DNA from: Calditrichia bacterium
Lineage (GTDB): Bacteria > Calditrichota > Calditrichia > RBG-13-44-9 > J075
Direction: 5' to 3'
Assembly (NCBI GenBank): GCA_028284905.1
Contig: JANQQU010000065.1
Span: forward strand, 68,128-132,127
DNA length: 64,000 nt
How positions within the stretch are numbered: position 1 is the stretch's first letter; every line of letters begins with the position of its first letter. Made by a program: the position numbers and the translations under genes. Below the pieces are notes generated by a model. That model saw only the letters and a program-made list of their open reading frames with translations, made no database searches and was not told where the DNA came from. This document shows, one piece after another, positions 39,996-50,093 of this stretch.

Positions 39996-42900
39996 TTAGG
40001 TATGTTCGACCAGCGTGTCCAGGTTATCCGGGATACTGACGGTAAATGTTGTACCTTTGCCAACTTCGCTCTCTACCTGAATGTCTCCCAGATGATCTTC
40101 ACGGACAATTCGAAAAACGATGGAAAGTCCGAGACCAGTTCCCACGCCGACCCCTTTGGTGGTAAATCCCGGATCAAAAATCTTGCGCAGATTTTCCGGA
40201 GGTATGCCAACGCCAGTGTCAGTAATGGATACGCGCACATTGCCATCTGAATGTGAAGTGCCGATAGTAATCGTTCCTTCCCCATTCATCGCCTGTTTTG
40301 CATTGATCAACAGGTTCAACAATACCTGGTTTAGTTTGCCCGGATAACAGGAGATGAGCGGGATATCGTTCCCGAATTCCTTCTTAACTTCGATGCCATG
40401 TTTGATCTCATGGTGAATAAGTACCAGCGTGTCATCGATGCCTTCATGGATATCCGCGGATTTTAGTTCTGCTTCATCCAGGCGGGCAAAACTGCGCAGT
40501 CGCTTAACGATCGTCGTTACTCTTTCACTGCCGCTGGCGACAACCCGGTTTCCGTCTTCCAGCATTTTCAGAATAGTGGTTAGTTTTCGATTGCTTTCCA
40601 GGCCATCCGGCAATTGCTGATCGAGAATCGCTTTCAGTTTATCAACTGCGCGCACCAATGTATTATGCATACTGCTGATTGCCCCAACCGGAGTGTTGAT
40701 TTCGTGGGCGATTCCAGCGACCAGCATTCCCAGCGCCGCCATCTTTTCCGATTGTACCAGTTGGGATTGCGTTTCCCGTAGGTCCTGATTGGCAGAGGCT
40801 AATTCTGCCGTGCGTTCATCAACCCGCTGCTCCAGCTCTTCCTGATGTTTCTGTAGCGCCTGCTCTGCCTTTTTGCGATTGGTAATATCGCGAACGATCG
40901 CCAGCACTTCATGCGGGCCACTGGTGACAATACGCGCCTCGAAAGAATGAACATGATCATCATGGGGCAGTTCATATTCAAGAATACGTGTTTCCTTGCT
41001 CTGAAGGACTTTGTTGATATTCGCCATCGTTTGTTCAGCAAGCTGCGGCGGTAATGTTTCGGAAACATGTCTGCCGATAACTTTTTCCCGCGGTAGCACC
41101 AGATCGCTCTCCTTCGGTGCCTTGTAGTCCAGGTAAATGCCATCTTTGCTGAGGCGAAACATCAGATCCGGAATGGCATTGAGGAGGGCGGTGTTCTTTA
41201 ATTCACTTTCCAGAAGCGCGGTATTTTTCCGAGCCAATTCGGCGGTTCGTTCCTGCACGCGCTGTTCCAGTTCGTCGTGGGCTTTCTGTAAGGCAGCCTC
41301 GGCGGTTTTTCGCTCGGTAATATCCCGCACAAACCCGATGCGAAAAATAACTGCTTCCTCCTCATCGAGAATGGGGAATGCGGAGAGCTCAACAAAAACA
41401 TGCTCACCTTCTTTTGTGGTGACGGATAACTCTTTGCGTACGGAATAGTTTCCGTGGTCGGGCATCTGTTTCAGCAGATTGGTAAAAACATCTCCGCCAA
41501 TAAACATTTCAGTTGTTTTGCCAACAACCTCTTCCTCCGGATAGCCGAATAAACGAACCCCAGCGGGATTTATTTCCTGAATAACTCCCTGGGGAGATAA
41601 AATGGCTATCGAGTCGTTGGAATTCATAAATATCTTGCGATAGAGGCGCAGGCTCTCTTCATTCTTTTTGATCTCACTAATGTCCTGCAATCCTCCGACA
41701 AGTACCTGCTCACCACCAAGTGTTGTTATCGAGAGAGAAAAACTCATCCAGGTCTCGGTACCATCATAGCCTTTAATTGGTACTTCATAGCCCTGCAATT
41801 TCCCATCCTTGCGGATTTTATCGATAATGATACCGCGATCTTCGGGGTTGCTGTAAAAGTCGGGTGTTTTTTTTCCGATCAGTTCGGAAATTGGCGCGCC
41901 CATCAAGTCTGCCAGGGGCTGATTGATGTAGAGAATTTTACCATCATCCAGGCGGCTGATGATAAATGGTATCGGTGATGCGTCTGCCATTGTTCGCAGC
42001 AAAGCATCCGCTTCTTTCATTTTGGTGATGTCGTTAATGACCCAAATTGCCCCTAGTTCGTTGCCGTCTTTGTCCATTACCGGTGCATTAATCGGGAGAA
42101 TATCCCGTGGCGTCGGGGAAACCATCTGGATTGAATAACGATAAATCTCATGAACATCAATTTCGTTAGACATGCGACCGCGGAGAATTTGTTGTATTCT
42201 TTCAGTATTCTCCTGAAAGGCTTCCGGCGAGGCGAAACAGGATTTTATCTTTTCCAGAAAAAGCGGGTAGGGCAGCTGGATAATTTCTTCCTGCTTAAGA
42301 CCAAAATATTCGTAGACTCTTTTATTGGCAACGTTAATGCGATCGTTTTTATCGACCATGATAATCGTTGCCGGGGAAGCGTCGATAATCGATTGCAGAA
42401 TATCTTTACTTTGGGAGAGCTCACTAAGGATCTGCTGCATTAATTCATTTTTAACTTCCAGCTGTTCCTGCACCTTTAGCATGTCGATATTAGCCATGCC
42501 GAGGGAAATTGCCTTGCGTTCCAGTTCTTCGGTTTTCTCCTTCAGTGTCAGGTTCTTTTGCTCCAGATGCCGGGTATGCAACCGCAATTCGTTTTCCAGG
42601 CCTTCCATGCGCTGCTGCTCTTTGCCACCGTCGTTTTTTTCTGCTTCAATCGCCAGTAAATCCCGAACAGTATTTCGCAGCGCTTTTTCATCAAGGGGCT
42701 TTTCCAGCAAAGCATCAACACCATTGCGGGCAGCACTAAAAGCTAACTGTGGTGAGCAGGGAGCGGTTACCAGTAACATCGGCAGGGAAGAGAAATGAAT
42801 GCGAATTTGCCGGAGGTCTTGCCAGTTCATCTCGGCGTGTAAATCGATGGCGCAAATTACCAAATCTCCATTATGCGATGCTGGCAAACTTTCACTATCA

Positions 42901-43004
42901 CCGAGCGGAATAATTTCCAATTGCCGGTCATTAAAGGCAGCGGATAAAACCTCCCGGTCTTTGGCGGTTTCATTAAAATAGAAAATCTTAAGCGGGTTCA
43001 TCAA
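39996..43004 (-). CDS. multi-PAS sensor histidine kinase with N-terminal receiver-like domain
   Basis: About four PAS domains, AHEINTP H-box, DTGVGI and GTGLGL. Confidence 0.9.
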   Translation of the reverse strand: MMNPLKIFYFNETAKDREVLSAAFNDRQLEIIPLGDSESLPASHNGDLVICAIDLHAEMNWQDLRQIRIHFSSLPMLLVTAPCSPQLAFSAARNGVDALLEKPLDEKALRNTVRDLLAIEAEKNDGGKEQQRMEGLENELRLHTRHLEQKNLTLKEKTEELERKAISLGMANIDMLKVQEQLEVKNELMQQILSELSQSKDILQSIIDASPATIIMVDKNDRINVANKRVYEYFGLKQEEIIQLPYPLFLEKIKSCFASPEAFQENTERIQQILRGRMSNEIDVHEIYRYSIQMVSPTPRDILPINAPVMDKDGNELGAIWVINDITKMKEADALLRTMADASPIPFIISRLDDGKILYINQPLADLMGAPISELIGKKTPDFYSNPEDRGIIIDKIRKDGKLQGYEVPIKGYDGTETWMSFSLSITTLGGEQVLVGGLQDISEIKKNEESLRLYRKIFMNSNDSIAILSPQGVIQEINPAGVRLFGYPEEEVVGKTTEMFIGGDVFTNLLKQMPDHGNYSVRKELSVTTKEGEHVFVELSAFPILDEEEAVIFRIGFVRDITERKTAEAALQKAHDELEQRVQERTAELARKNTALLESELKNTALLNAIPDLMFRLSKDGIYLDYKAPKESDLVLPREKVIGRHVSETLPPQLAEQTMANINKVLQSKETRILEYELPHDDHVHSFEARIVTSGPHEVLAIVRDITNRKKAEQALQKHQEELEQRVDERTAELASANQDLRETQSQLVQSEKMAALGMLVAGIAHEINTPVGAISSMHNTLVRAVDKLKAILDQQLPDGLESNRKLTTILKMLEDGNRVVASGSERVTTIVKRLRSFARLDEAELKSADIHEGIDDTLVLIHHEIKHGIEVKKEFGNDIPLISCYPGKLNQVLLNLLINAKQAMNGEGTITIGTSHSDGNVRVSITDTGVGIPPENLRKIFDPGFTTKGVGVGTGLGLSIVFRIVREDHLGDIQVESEVGKGTTFTVSIPDNLDTLVEHT

Positions 43005-43179
43005 ATTTTCCCGGTTTGCTGGATAATTGTGTGACGAGAATCGCCGAAATACTCGGCAGAAACCAATTTAAATCGGGATAAGGATAAATGCAATGCATAT
43101 CGCTGTAAGAGCAGCGATCTATTGGGGAATCTGGATAGGGAATAGGATTAATTTTATAAATTCTAAAATATTTTTATCT

Positions 43180-43926
43180 TCAATTTAGCAATTGTTGCAT
43201 CTTCTGATAACGATCCAGCAGCTCTGATTCGAAATAAACCAGATCTTCCAGAATGGAGAGCACCGAACCGGTGCCGTCATAAAGACGGTCCAGTATTTTC
43301 GAGACCGTTGCGTTGTGACTGTTTTCGAGACGATTGATTTCCGACCAGCGGGCGACGATTTCATAGTCCATATGGACCAGCACTTGCATTCCGCGGGCGA
43401 TTTCCCAGGAAAGATTACGGATACCGGCCGATTGCAAACGAATGCCACCTTCCCCATAAATATTGAAGAAGTTACCTTCCACCTGCGCCTTTGCAATCAA
43501 CTTTCCAAAGCGCAGAAAAAATTTTTCCCGGGAAATTTTCATGACCTCGAAATTTTCCGGCACAGGAATTTCCATAGTGATAAATTTGCGAGAAAGTGCT
43601 TCACGTAACTGATTGATATTTCCGAGGTTCAGTGGCTCCTCATTCATATCTATGCTCATCAGTCTCCGCCCACCATCCCGAATTTCCTTCACGAGGGTTT
43701 GATGGTAATCGTAGGCGCGTTGTACTTCCAGCAGATTCGCATCGATTTCTTCCGTCAATGTTGCCTTAACCCGTTCAACAACCGCAGCTGTTTTCTGACT
43801 TTCCCGCCAATTATTGACTGCCAGTGCGAGCAAAACGCTAAGCACAATCGCGGTTACCTCAATCAGCAAATCGCTGATCCGCGAATTAAAAAATTGTTTG
43901 AACGATTTCAAGCGGTTTCCAATCAT
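43180..43926 (-). CDS. hypothetical membrane-anchored helical protein
   Basis: IEVTAIVLSVLLALAVNNWRE N-terminal anchor, a common uncharacterised pattern. Confidence 0.7.
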   Translation of the reverse strand: MIGNRLKSFKQFFNSRISDLLIEVTAIVLSVLLALAVNNWRESQKTAAVVERVKATLTEEIDANLLEVQRAYDYHQTLVKEIRDGGRRLMSIDMNEEPLNLGNINQLREALSRKFITMEIPVPENFEVMKISREKFFLRFGKLIAKAQVEGNFFNIYGEGGIRLQSAGIRNLSWEIARGMQVLVHMDYEIVARWSEINRLENSHNATVSKILDRLYDGTGSVLSILEDLVYFESELLDRYQKMQQLLN

Positions 43927-44050
43927 ATCATCGGCCCATAAATGTCAGGTTCATTTTTGTCGCAGGTTAACCAATCGGTCATCAAATCAATTTGTTATTT
44001 CAGCACAATGGCTAATAACAGCAGCAGCCCTGCAAGGGCGATCCAAAATA

Positions 44051-44072
44051 GCCCGGGACGCTAGTCCCGGGC
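44051..44072. terminator. GC-rich hairpin immediately after the uxaC stop
   Basis: GCCCGGGAC-GCTA-GTCCCGGGC; TATTTT follows on the minus strand. Confidence 0.65.
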
Positions 44073-44075
44073 GGG

Positions 44076-45476
44076 TTATAGTCGATATCCGTTTTTTACC
44101 AAATCATAGGTTAATTCCCGGGCCATGCGATGCGCATCGTCAATATCGATAATATGCCGGGCGACCTGCCCCGCCAGGAAGTTGCAATCGATACGCCGGG
44201 CGAGATCGTGCCGGGCAGGGATAGAGGGAAAAGCGCGGGTATCATCGTTAAAACCAACGGTGTTGTAAATGCCGGCTGTTTCCGTTACCCGCTGCCGAAA
44301 GCGAGTCATTCCTTCTACGCTATCATGGAACCACCAGGGCGGGCCAAGTAATAATGCCGGGTAATGCCCGGCCAGCGGGGCGAGCTCCCGGGAATAAGTG
44401 CTTTCGTCCAGCGTAAAAATAATCAGTCGGAAATTGGGGTGATTGCCATAGTTGTTTAGCAGGGCATGGAGGTTTCGGGTGTATTCGGTTTGCATGGGAA
44501 TATCACACCCTTTATCCCGGCCAAAGCGCTGAGTGATGAATTGATTATGCCCGCGAAAAGAACCGGCATGGATTTGCATCACCAGTCCGTCCTCGCAGCT
44601 CATTCGGGCCATTTCCATCAGCATGTGCGCTGTAAAATTGACGGCATCTGTCGCGGTTGCCTTGCCTCCCAGCGCCCGTTGGAAAAGCTGCTCTGCCTCA
44701 TTGTCGCTCAACCGCTGCGTAAAAGGGCTTTCTACGCCATGATCACTGGATACCGCACCCATTTCCCTAAAGAAGCTGCGTTGAAGCTCCAGGGCGCGAA
44801 TAAAACCGCTGTAGCTATGAATGGCAATGCCAGTCACGTCAGAAAGTTTGTTGATATTCTCCTGCCACTCCGGCTGGGTAAAATCGATAACGCCATCCGG
44901 ACGAAAGCAGGGGATGATCCGCCCGTTCCAGTCGGATTCGCGAATTTGGCGATGTGCTGCCAGCGTCGATTCTGCCGGATCGGTTGTTGTTAAAACTTCG
45001 ATATTAAAGCGATCGAACATCGCTCGCGGTAAAAAATCCGGCTGCGCCAATTTGCTTGCAATCTGATCATAAATGCGCTGAGCGGTATCGCTGTTGAATT
45101 TCTCTTCAACGCCAAATACCTCAGTAAATTCATGATCCAGCCAGGCACCGGTAGGCGTGCCGGCAAACAGGTAATAGTGATCAGCAAAAATTTGCCAACT
45201 TGCCCGTCGGTCATCGGTTGTTTTCGTACCGTCCCGAGTCGGAATTCCCAGTGCTTCCAGAGAAATTCCCTGCGAATAGAGCATGCGAAAAATATAATGG
45301 TCGGGAATCAGGATTAATTCTGTCGGATCGGGAAATGGCTGATTGTCGCTAAACCAACTCGGCTCGGTATGTCCATGCGGACTGACGATGGGCAGATTTT
45401 TGATGCCATCATATAGTTCGCTGGCGATTTTGCGAACCGTTGGTTCCGGATCAAAAAAACGATGGGGATTGAGCAT
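44076..45476 (-). CDS. uxaC: glucuronate isomerase
   Basis: SPHGHT, PDHYIFRML, TTDP, PWWFHD, FNDDTRAF and ARHD motifs. Confidence 0.95.
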   Translation of the reverse strand: MLNPHRFFDPEPTVRKIASELYDGIKNLPIVSPHGHTEPSWFSDNQPFPDPTELILIPDHYIFRMLYSQGISLEALGIPTRDGTKTTDDRRASWQIFADHYYLFAGTPTGAWLDHEFTEVFGVEEKFNSDTAQRIYDQIASKLAQPDFLPRAMFDRFNIEVLTTTDPAESTLAAHRQIRESDWNGRIIPCFRPDGVIDFTQPEWQENINKLSDVTGIAIHSYSGFIRALELQRSFFREMGAVSSDHGVESPFTQRLSDNEAEQLFQRALGGKATATDAVNFTAHMLMEMARMSCEDGLVMQIHAGSFRGHNQFITQRFGRDKGCDIPMQTEYTRNLHALLNNYGNHPNFRLIIFTLDESTYSRELAPLAGHYPALLLGPPWWFHDSVEGMTRFRQRVTETAGIYNTVGFNDDTRAFPSIPARHDLARRIDCNFLAGQVARHIIDIDDAHRMARELTYDLVKNGYRL

Positions 45477-45687
45477 ATTGAATTCTTTGGCATATTTAAT
45501 ACAAATGAATAATCAGCAACAGTGCTTCCTGGTTAAATGTTGAGATGGTTAAACCACTGTTACTGTTTTTCGCAAATCAGAATTGAGATTCTAAAGAAAA
45601 TGTTCGGGTATTTTTATATCCTTTAGCGCTGGCAATTTAGTGCGTCCACATTTAACAAGCAATTTTATTGACAGTAGTATGAAATAT

Positions 45688-45716
45688 TTGTCAGAAAACG
45701 GCGATTGTATTATACT
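45688..45716 (+). promoter_or_regulatory. putative sigma70 promoter for the GH3 operon
   Basis: TTGTCA-17 nt-TATACT, with an overlapping TGACA...TGTCA inverted pair. Confidence 0.5.
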
Positions 45717-45807
45717 TCACTCATGATTTTTATGTCACTCGTTTAGACGAATTCCCGGAGCGATAAACCTCACAAGCTAGCTGCACGAAACCGTATGGAC
45801 TCAGAAA

Positions 45808-48135
45808 ATGGATCAGAATATTTCACCCCCGCAACCACCAGATTCTACTTCCTTACCCGCATATCGAAATCCTCAATTGTCTATCTCCGATAGAGTCGCG
45901 GATTTACTTGCCCGAATGACCCTGGAAGAAAAAATTGGGCAAATGCTCTGCATCTGGGATGAAAGAGCGGCGATGATGTTCGATGAGGATGGCACTCCGA
46001 ATTTTGCAAAAATGAAATCCCATTTGGGAAATGGGATTGGCCAAATTGCCCGGATTAGTGATATACAGGGAGGATTGGGCCCTCGCGAAATGGCCGAGTT
46101 GAGTAATCGGCTCCAATCTTTTTTTATCGAGGAAACCCGCTTGGGAATTCCAGTCATCTTTCACGAGGAATGTTTGCATGGCCTGGCTGCGAGGGATGCA
46201 ACCAGCTATCCCCAGCCGATCGGTCTGGCGGCAACCTTTAATCCGGCATTGATAGAAAACATCTATACAGCGATTGCGGAAGATACCCGCCTGCGGGGCG
46301 CGCATCAGGCCTTGACGCCAGTGCTGGATGTCGCGCGGGACGCTCGCTGGGGGCGGGTAGAAGAGACTTTTGGGGAAGATCCCTATCTGGTGTCGCAAAT
46401 GGCGATCGCTGCTGTGAAAGGTTTTCAGGGAGATGGCAGCTACCAGGGACAACCGCGGGTATTGGCAACACTAAAACATTTTGCGGCACATGGTGCACCG
46501 GAATCCGGCACGAATTGCGGCCCGGTGAATGTATCTGAGCGGGAGTTGCGGGACGTCTTTCTACAGCCTTTTAAAACGGTGATAGAAAAATCCCAGCCGG
46601 CGAGTATCATGGCCTCCTATAACGAAATCGATGGCATTCCTTCCCACGCCAATCAATGGCTGCTACGAACAGTACTGCGAGATGAATGGGGCTTTGCAGG
46701 ATTCATCGTCTCGGATTATTTTGCGATAACCGAGCTGTTCCACAAGGAAGAAACCGTCAGTCACCGGGTTGCCCGGGATAAGCGGGAAGCAGCCCGGCTC
46801 GCTCTGAAGGCCGGCGTTAATATCGAATTGCCGGACCCTTCCAGCTATCCGCACCTGTCAGAATTAGTCCGAAGCGGGGAAGTGCAAGAAAGCGAAATAG
46901 ATGCCTTGGTTGCGGTAATGCTCGGGTATAAGTTTAAGTTGGGACTGTTCGACTCTCCTTATGTTGATCCGGATAAAATAGATAATGAGAAAAAGCTCGC
47001 AGAAGACCGGCCGTTGGCATTGCAGGCGGCAGAGGAAACCATAACGCTGCTCAAGAATGACGACGATCTGCTGCCATTGAGTGCAGAAAAAATCCAGACG
47101 CTCGCAGTTATCGGTCCAAATGCCGATCGGGTACTGCTCGGTGGGTATAGCGGCATTCCGAAGTATTATACCTCGGTTTTAGCGGGGATTAAGAAAAAGG
47201 TTGGGGAAAAGATTAAAGTGCATTATAGCGAGGGCTGCAAAATAACCGTTGGCGGCTCCTGGAATGATGATGAAGTGATTTTCTCCGATCCGGAAGCCGA
47301 TCGACAATCGATTAAGGCCGCAGTTGCTGTTGCGGAAAAAGCGGATGTTGTTATTCTCGCATTAGGTGGAAACGAACAAACCTCCCGGGAAGCCTGGGGG
47401 AAAGCGCACATGGGGGACCGCCCCAGTCTGGCATTGATCGGCCGGCAAAATGAGCTGGTAGCAGCAATTTGCGCAACCGGAAAACCGGTCGTTATATTGC
47501 TCTTCAATGGGCGGCCATTGGCTATAAATGCAATTGCCGCCGATGTGCCGGCAATTCTCGAATGTTGGTATTTGGGGCAGGAAACCGGCGATGCAGTCGC
47601 CAATGTTTTGTTTGGCGATGCGAATCCTTCCGGTAAGTTGCCGATCTCATTCCCCCGTTCGGCCGGGCACATTCCCTGTTTTTACAATCACAAGCCGTCT
47701 GCCCGCCGCGGATATCTTCAGGATGACGTTCGCCCGCTTTATCCTTTCGGCTTTGGCCTCAGCTATACAACATTTGAGATGAGCAACTTACGCCTGGAAG
47801 AAACGAGGATTTCTTCCACTGCTACCACAGAAGCATTCATAGATTTGGAAAACACCGGCACCCGCAGTGGACAAGCTGTCGTCCAGCTTTATATCCGCGA
47901 TATGGTCAGCTCGGTGACCCGCCCGGTGAAGGAGTTAAAAGGGTTTAGAAAAGTTTTACTTCAACCGGGCGAAAAAATTACGGTTGCTTTATCCATCGGC
48001 CCGGAAGAACTGGCTTTTACCAATATCGATAAAGAGTATATTGTCGAGGCAGGAGATTTTGAGATTATGGTGGGCAGTTCTTCCCGGGATGAGGATTTAC
48101 AAAAAGTGCGTTTACATGTCCACGAAGGAGAATAA
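45808..48135 (+). CDS. GH3 beta-glucosidase/beta-xylosidase
   Basis: RWGRVEETFGED, LKHF, VSDY nucleophile, FN3-like C-terminus. Confidence 0.93.
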   Translation: MDQNISPPQPPDSTSLPAYRNPQLSISDRVADLLARMTLEEKIGQMLCIWDERAAMMFDEDGTPNFAKMKSHLGNGIGQIARISDIQGGLGPREMAELSNRLQSFFIEETRLGIPVIFHEECLHGLAARDATSYPQPIGLAATFNPALIENIYTAIAEDTRLRGAHQALTPVLDVARDARWGRVEETFGEDPYLVSQMAIAAVKGFQGDGSYQGQPRVLATLKHFAAHGAPESGTNCGPVNVSERELRDVFLQPFKTVIEKSQPASIMASYNEIDGIPSHANQWLLRTVLRDEWGFAGFIVSDYFAITELFHKEETVSHRVARDKREAARLALKAGVNIELPDPSSYPHLSELVRSGEVQESEIDALVAVMLGYKFKLGLFDSPYVDPDKIDNEKKLAEDRPLALQAAEETITLLKNDDDLLPLSAEKIQTLAVIGPNADRVLLGGYSGIPKYYTSVLAGIKKKVGEKIKVHYSEGCKITVGGSWNDDEVIFSDPEADRQSIKAAVAVAEKADVVILALGGNEQTSREAWGKAHMGDRPSLALIGRQNELVAAICATGKPVVILLFNGRPLAINAIAADVPAILECWYLGQETGDAVANVLFGDANPSGKLPISFPRSAGHIPCFYNHKPSARRGYLQDDVRPLYPFGFGLSYTTFEMSNLRLEETRISSTATTEAFIDLENTGTRSGQAVVQLYIRDMVSSVTRPVKELKGFRKVLLQPGEKITVALSIGPEELAFTNIDKEYIVEAGDFEIMVGSSSRDEDLQKVRLHVHEGE

Positions 48136-48164
48136 TAAGTCTGTTAACCAATGGGAGAGATTCT

Positions 48165-49181
48165 ATGAAAAAAATTATCTTATTCTTCTGCATCTGTCTG
48201 CTAGCTTTGCCAGCAGCTTATGGGGAAGAGGGCAAGCGGAAAATAATCGGTACTATTTATCGGGATGCCCCGGCGATTAATTCCCTCATTCCCGAAGATG
48301 CGGTGATTGAAGTACTGGCGGAAGGATTTGACTGGAGTGAAGGGCCGGTCTGGCTAAAGGAGAGCAATCGTTTGCTCTTTAACGATATCCCCCCGAATAC
48401 GACCTATCAATGGAGTGAAGTTGACGGATTGCAAATCTACCTGCGCCCGGCCGGATATGCGATTGGGGATAATCCTCCCGGGAGAGAATTGGGTAGCAAC
48501 GGTCTCTTTATCCATCCGCAAAGCGGAGCGCTGGTTTTTTGTGATCATGGCAATCGTTGTGTGGCAATGCTGAATACAGAAAACTGGACGAAATCTGTTA
48601 TCGTCGATAAATTTGAAGGGAAGAGGCTGAATAGCCCGAATGATATCGTCATCAGCAATGCCGGGCATTATTATTTTACAGATCCGCCATATGGCTTAAC
48701 AGGGCCAGATTATCCCGGGAAAGAAATAGATTTTTCCGGTGTCTATCATCTTTCTCCGGGGGGAGAAATGCGCCTGGTAACGAAAGAATTGTATCGACCG
48801 AACGGGATTGGTCTTTCCCCGGACGAAAAGACGCTCTATGTCGCTAATTCCGGGAAAAAGCGCATTTGGATGGCCTTTGATGTCGCCGATGACGGCAGCA
48901 CCAGCAACGGGCGAATTTTCCATGATGCCACGCAATTTGACAAGTATGGAGTTTCCGGCAACTGCGACGGATTAGCTGTTGATAGTGAAGGGAATGTTTG
49001 GGCGACGGGCCCGGGCGGAGTGATGGTTTTTACCCCGGAAGGAAGGCACCTCGGCAGTATTGATACCGGCACGCATGTCTCTAATTGCACTTTCGGGGGA
49101 GCGGATGGTATGGAGCTTTACATTACCTCAGATATGTATCTTTGCCGGGTACGGGTGAATGTAAAAGGAAGTGGGTTTTAA
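48165..49181 (+). CDS. SMP-30/gluconolactonase-family protein (exported)
   Basis: WSEGPVW, NSPND, FTDPPYG, PNGI and DGLAVD motifs. Confidence 0.92.
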   Translation: MKKIILFFCICLLALPAAYGEEGKRKIIGTIYRDAPAINSLIPEDAVIEVLAEGFDWSEGPVWLKESNRLLFNDIPPNTTYQWSEVDGLQIYLRPAGYAIGDNPPGRELGSNGLFIHPQSGALVFCDHGNRCVAMLNTENWTKSVIVDKFEGKRLNSPNDIVISNAGHYYFTDPPYGLTGPDYPGKEIDFSGVYHLSPGGEMRLVTKELYRPNGIGLSPDEKTLYVANSGKKRIWMAFDVADDGSTSNGRIFHDATQFDKYGVSGNCDGLAVDSEGNVWATGPGGVMVFTPEGRHLGSIDTGTHVSNCTFGGADGMELYITSDMYLCRVRVNVKGSGF

Positions 49182-49214
49182 AATCTGTAAACAATAACAT
49201 ATAAAGCTTTTGAA

Positions 49215-50093
49215 TTAACGAATAATTACCAATTTGCCACTGGCCAGCCGCTGTCCGGCAGTATTGTTGATATGATAGATATATATGCCACTACTGACCA
49301 GTCTACCGTTATAGCTATCGGTAGTCCAGGTGAAAGTATTGGCAAGATTTTCCCGGGTAAATACTGGCTCGCCAAGTTCATTAAATATTTTCAAGGTGGA
49401 CTGTGGAGGCAAATTCACAAAATTAATACCGCTTGAGAGAGTGTGTATTGCAGGGCGAAAAGGTACCGGAAAAGCGCTAATTGCGTTATTGTTTACTAAT
49501 TCACTGGCGCCATCTACAATAATTGTTATTGAGTCTACGGCGCTAAAATCGTCGGAATCGCGAACGCTTAAAAACAAAGTCTCCCGGCCCTGCCAGTATG
49601 TTGGCGCCAAAATCTGTATTATCGCGTTGCCGATGAAACGGGTAATTACATTCACAGCACCGCTGATACCCCATTGCAATTCATCGCTACTATTGTCGGG
49701 ATCGTAAGTATAACGCCCGATATCAATGTTTATAAAACTGCCCGATGATATGGTTTGGGTGTTAAGACTGTCTGGCAAGCGCATGCGGGGGATTCCGCCC
49801 TGAATGGTTTCTGAGAAAGCGCTCATACTATCCAGAGTGTTTACTGCTTTTAGACGGTAGTAATAGAGGATGCCAGCAACAACGGTGGTATCGATAAATT
49901 CGGTTGACGGATAATTAACCGTTGCAATAAGTTGCTCCGGATTCGGAAGTGTATCGCGAAAAACCAGGTAATGTGATATGTTCGGTTCCCTGTTTGCATC
50001 CCAGATAAGCTGAAATTTGCTTGTCTGTGCTTGTGCCATACTACTAATTTCCGCGAACAGAAATAAGATAATAAAAAGTTTACTGTACTTCAA
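49215..50093 (-). CDS. exported FN3/cadherin-like protein with T9SS-like C-terminal domain
   Basis: LIWDANRE..YYYRLKAVN FN3-like domain; C-terminal FPVPF...SGIYIY...GKLVIIR. Confidence 0.72.
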   Translation of the reverse strand: MKYSKLFIILFLFAEISSMAQAQTSKFQLIWDANREPNISHYLVFRDTLPNPEQLIATVNYPSTEFIDTTVVAGILYYYRLKAVNTLDSMSAFSETIQGGIPRMRLPDSLNTQTISSGSFINIDIGRYTYDPDNSSDELQWGISGAVNVITRFIGNAIIQILAPTYWQGRETLFLSVRDSDDFSAVDSITIIVDGASELVNNNAISAFPVPFRPAIHTLSSGINFVNLPPQSTLKIFNELGEPVFTRENLANTFTWTTDSYNGRLVSSGIYIYHINNTAGQRLASGKLVIIR

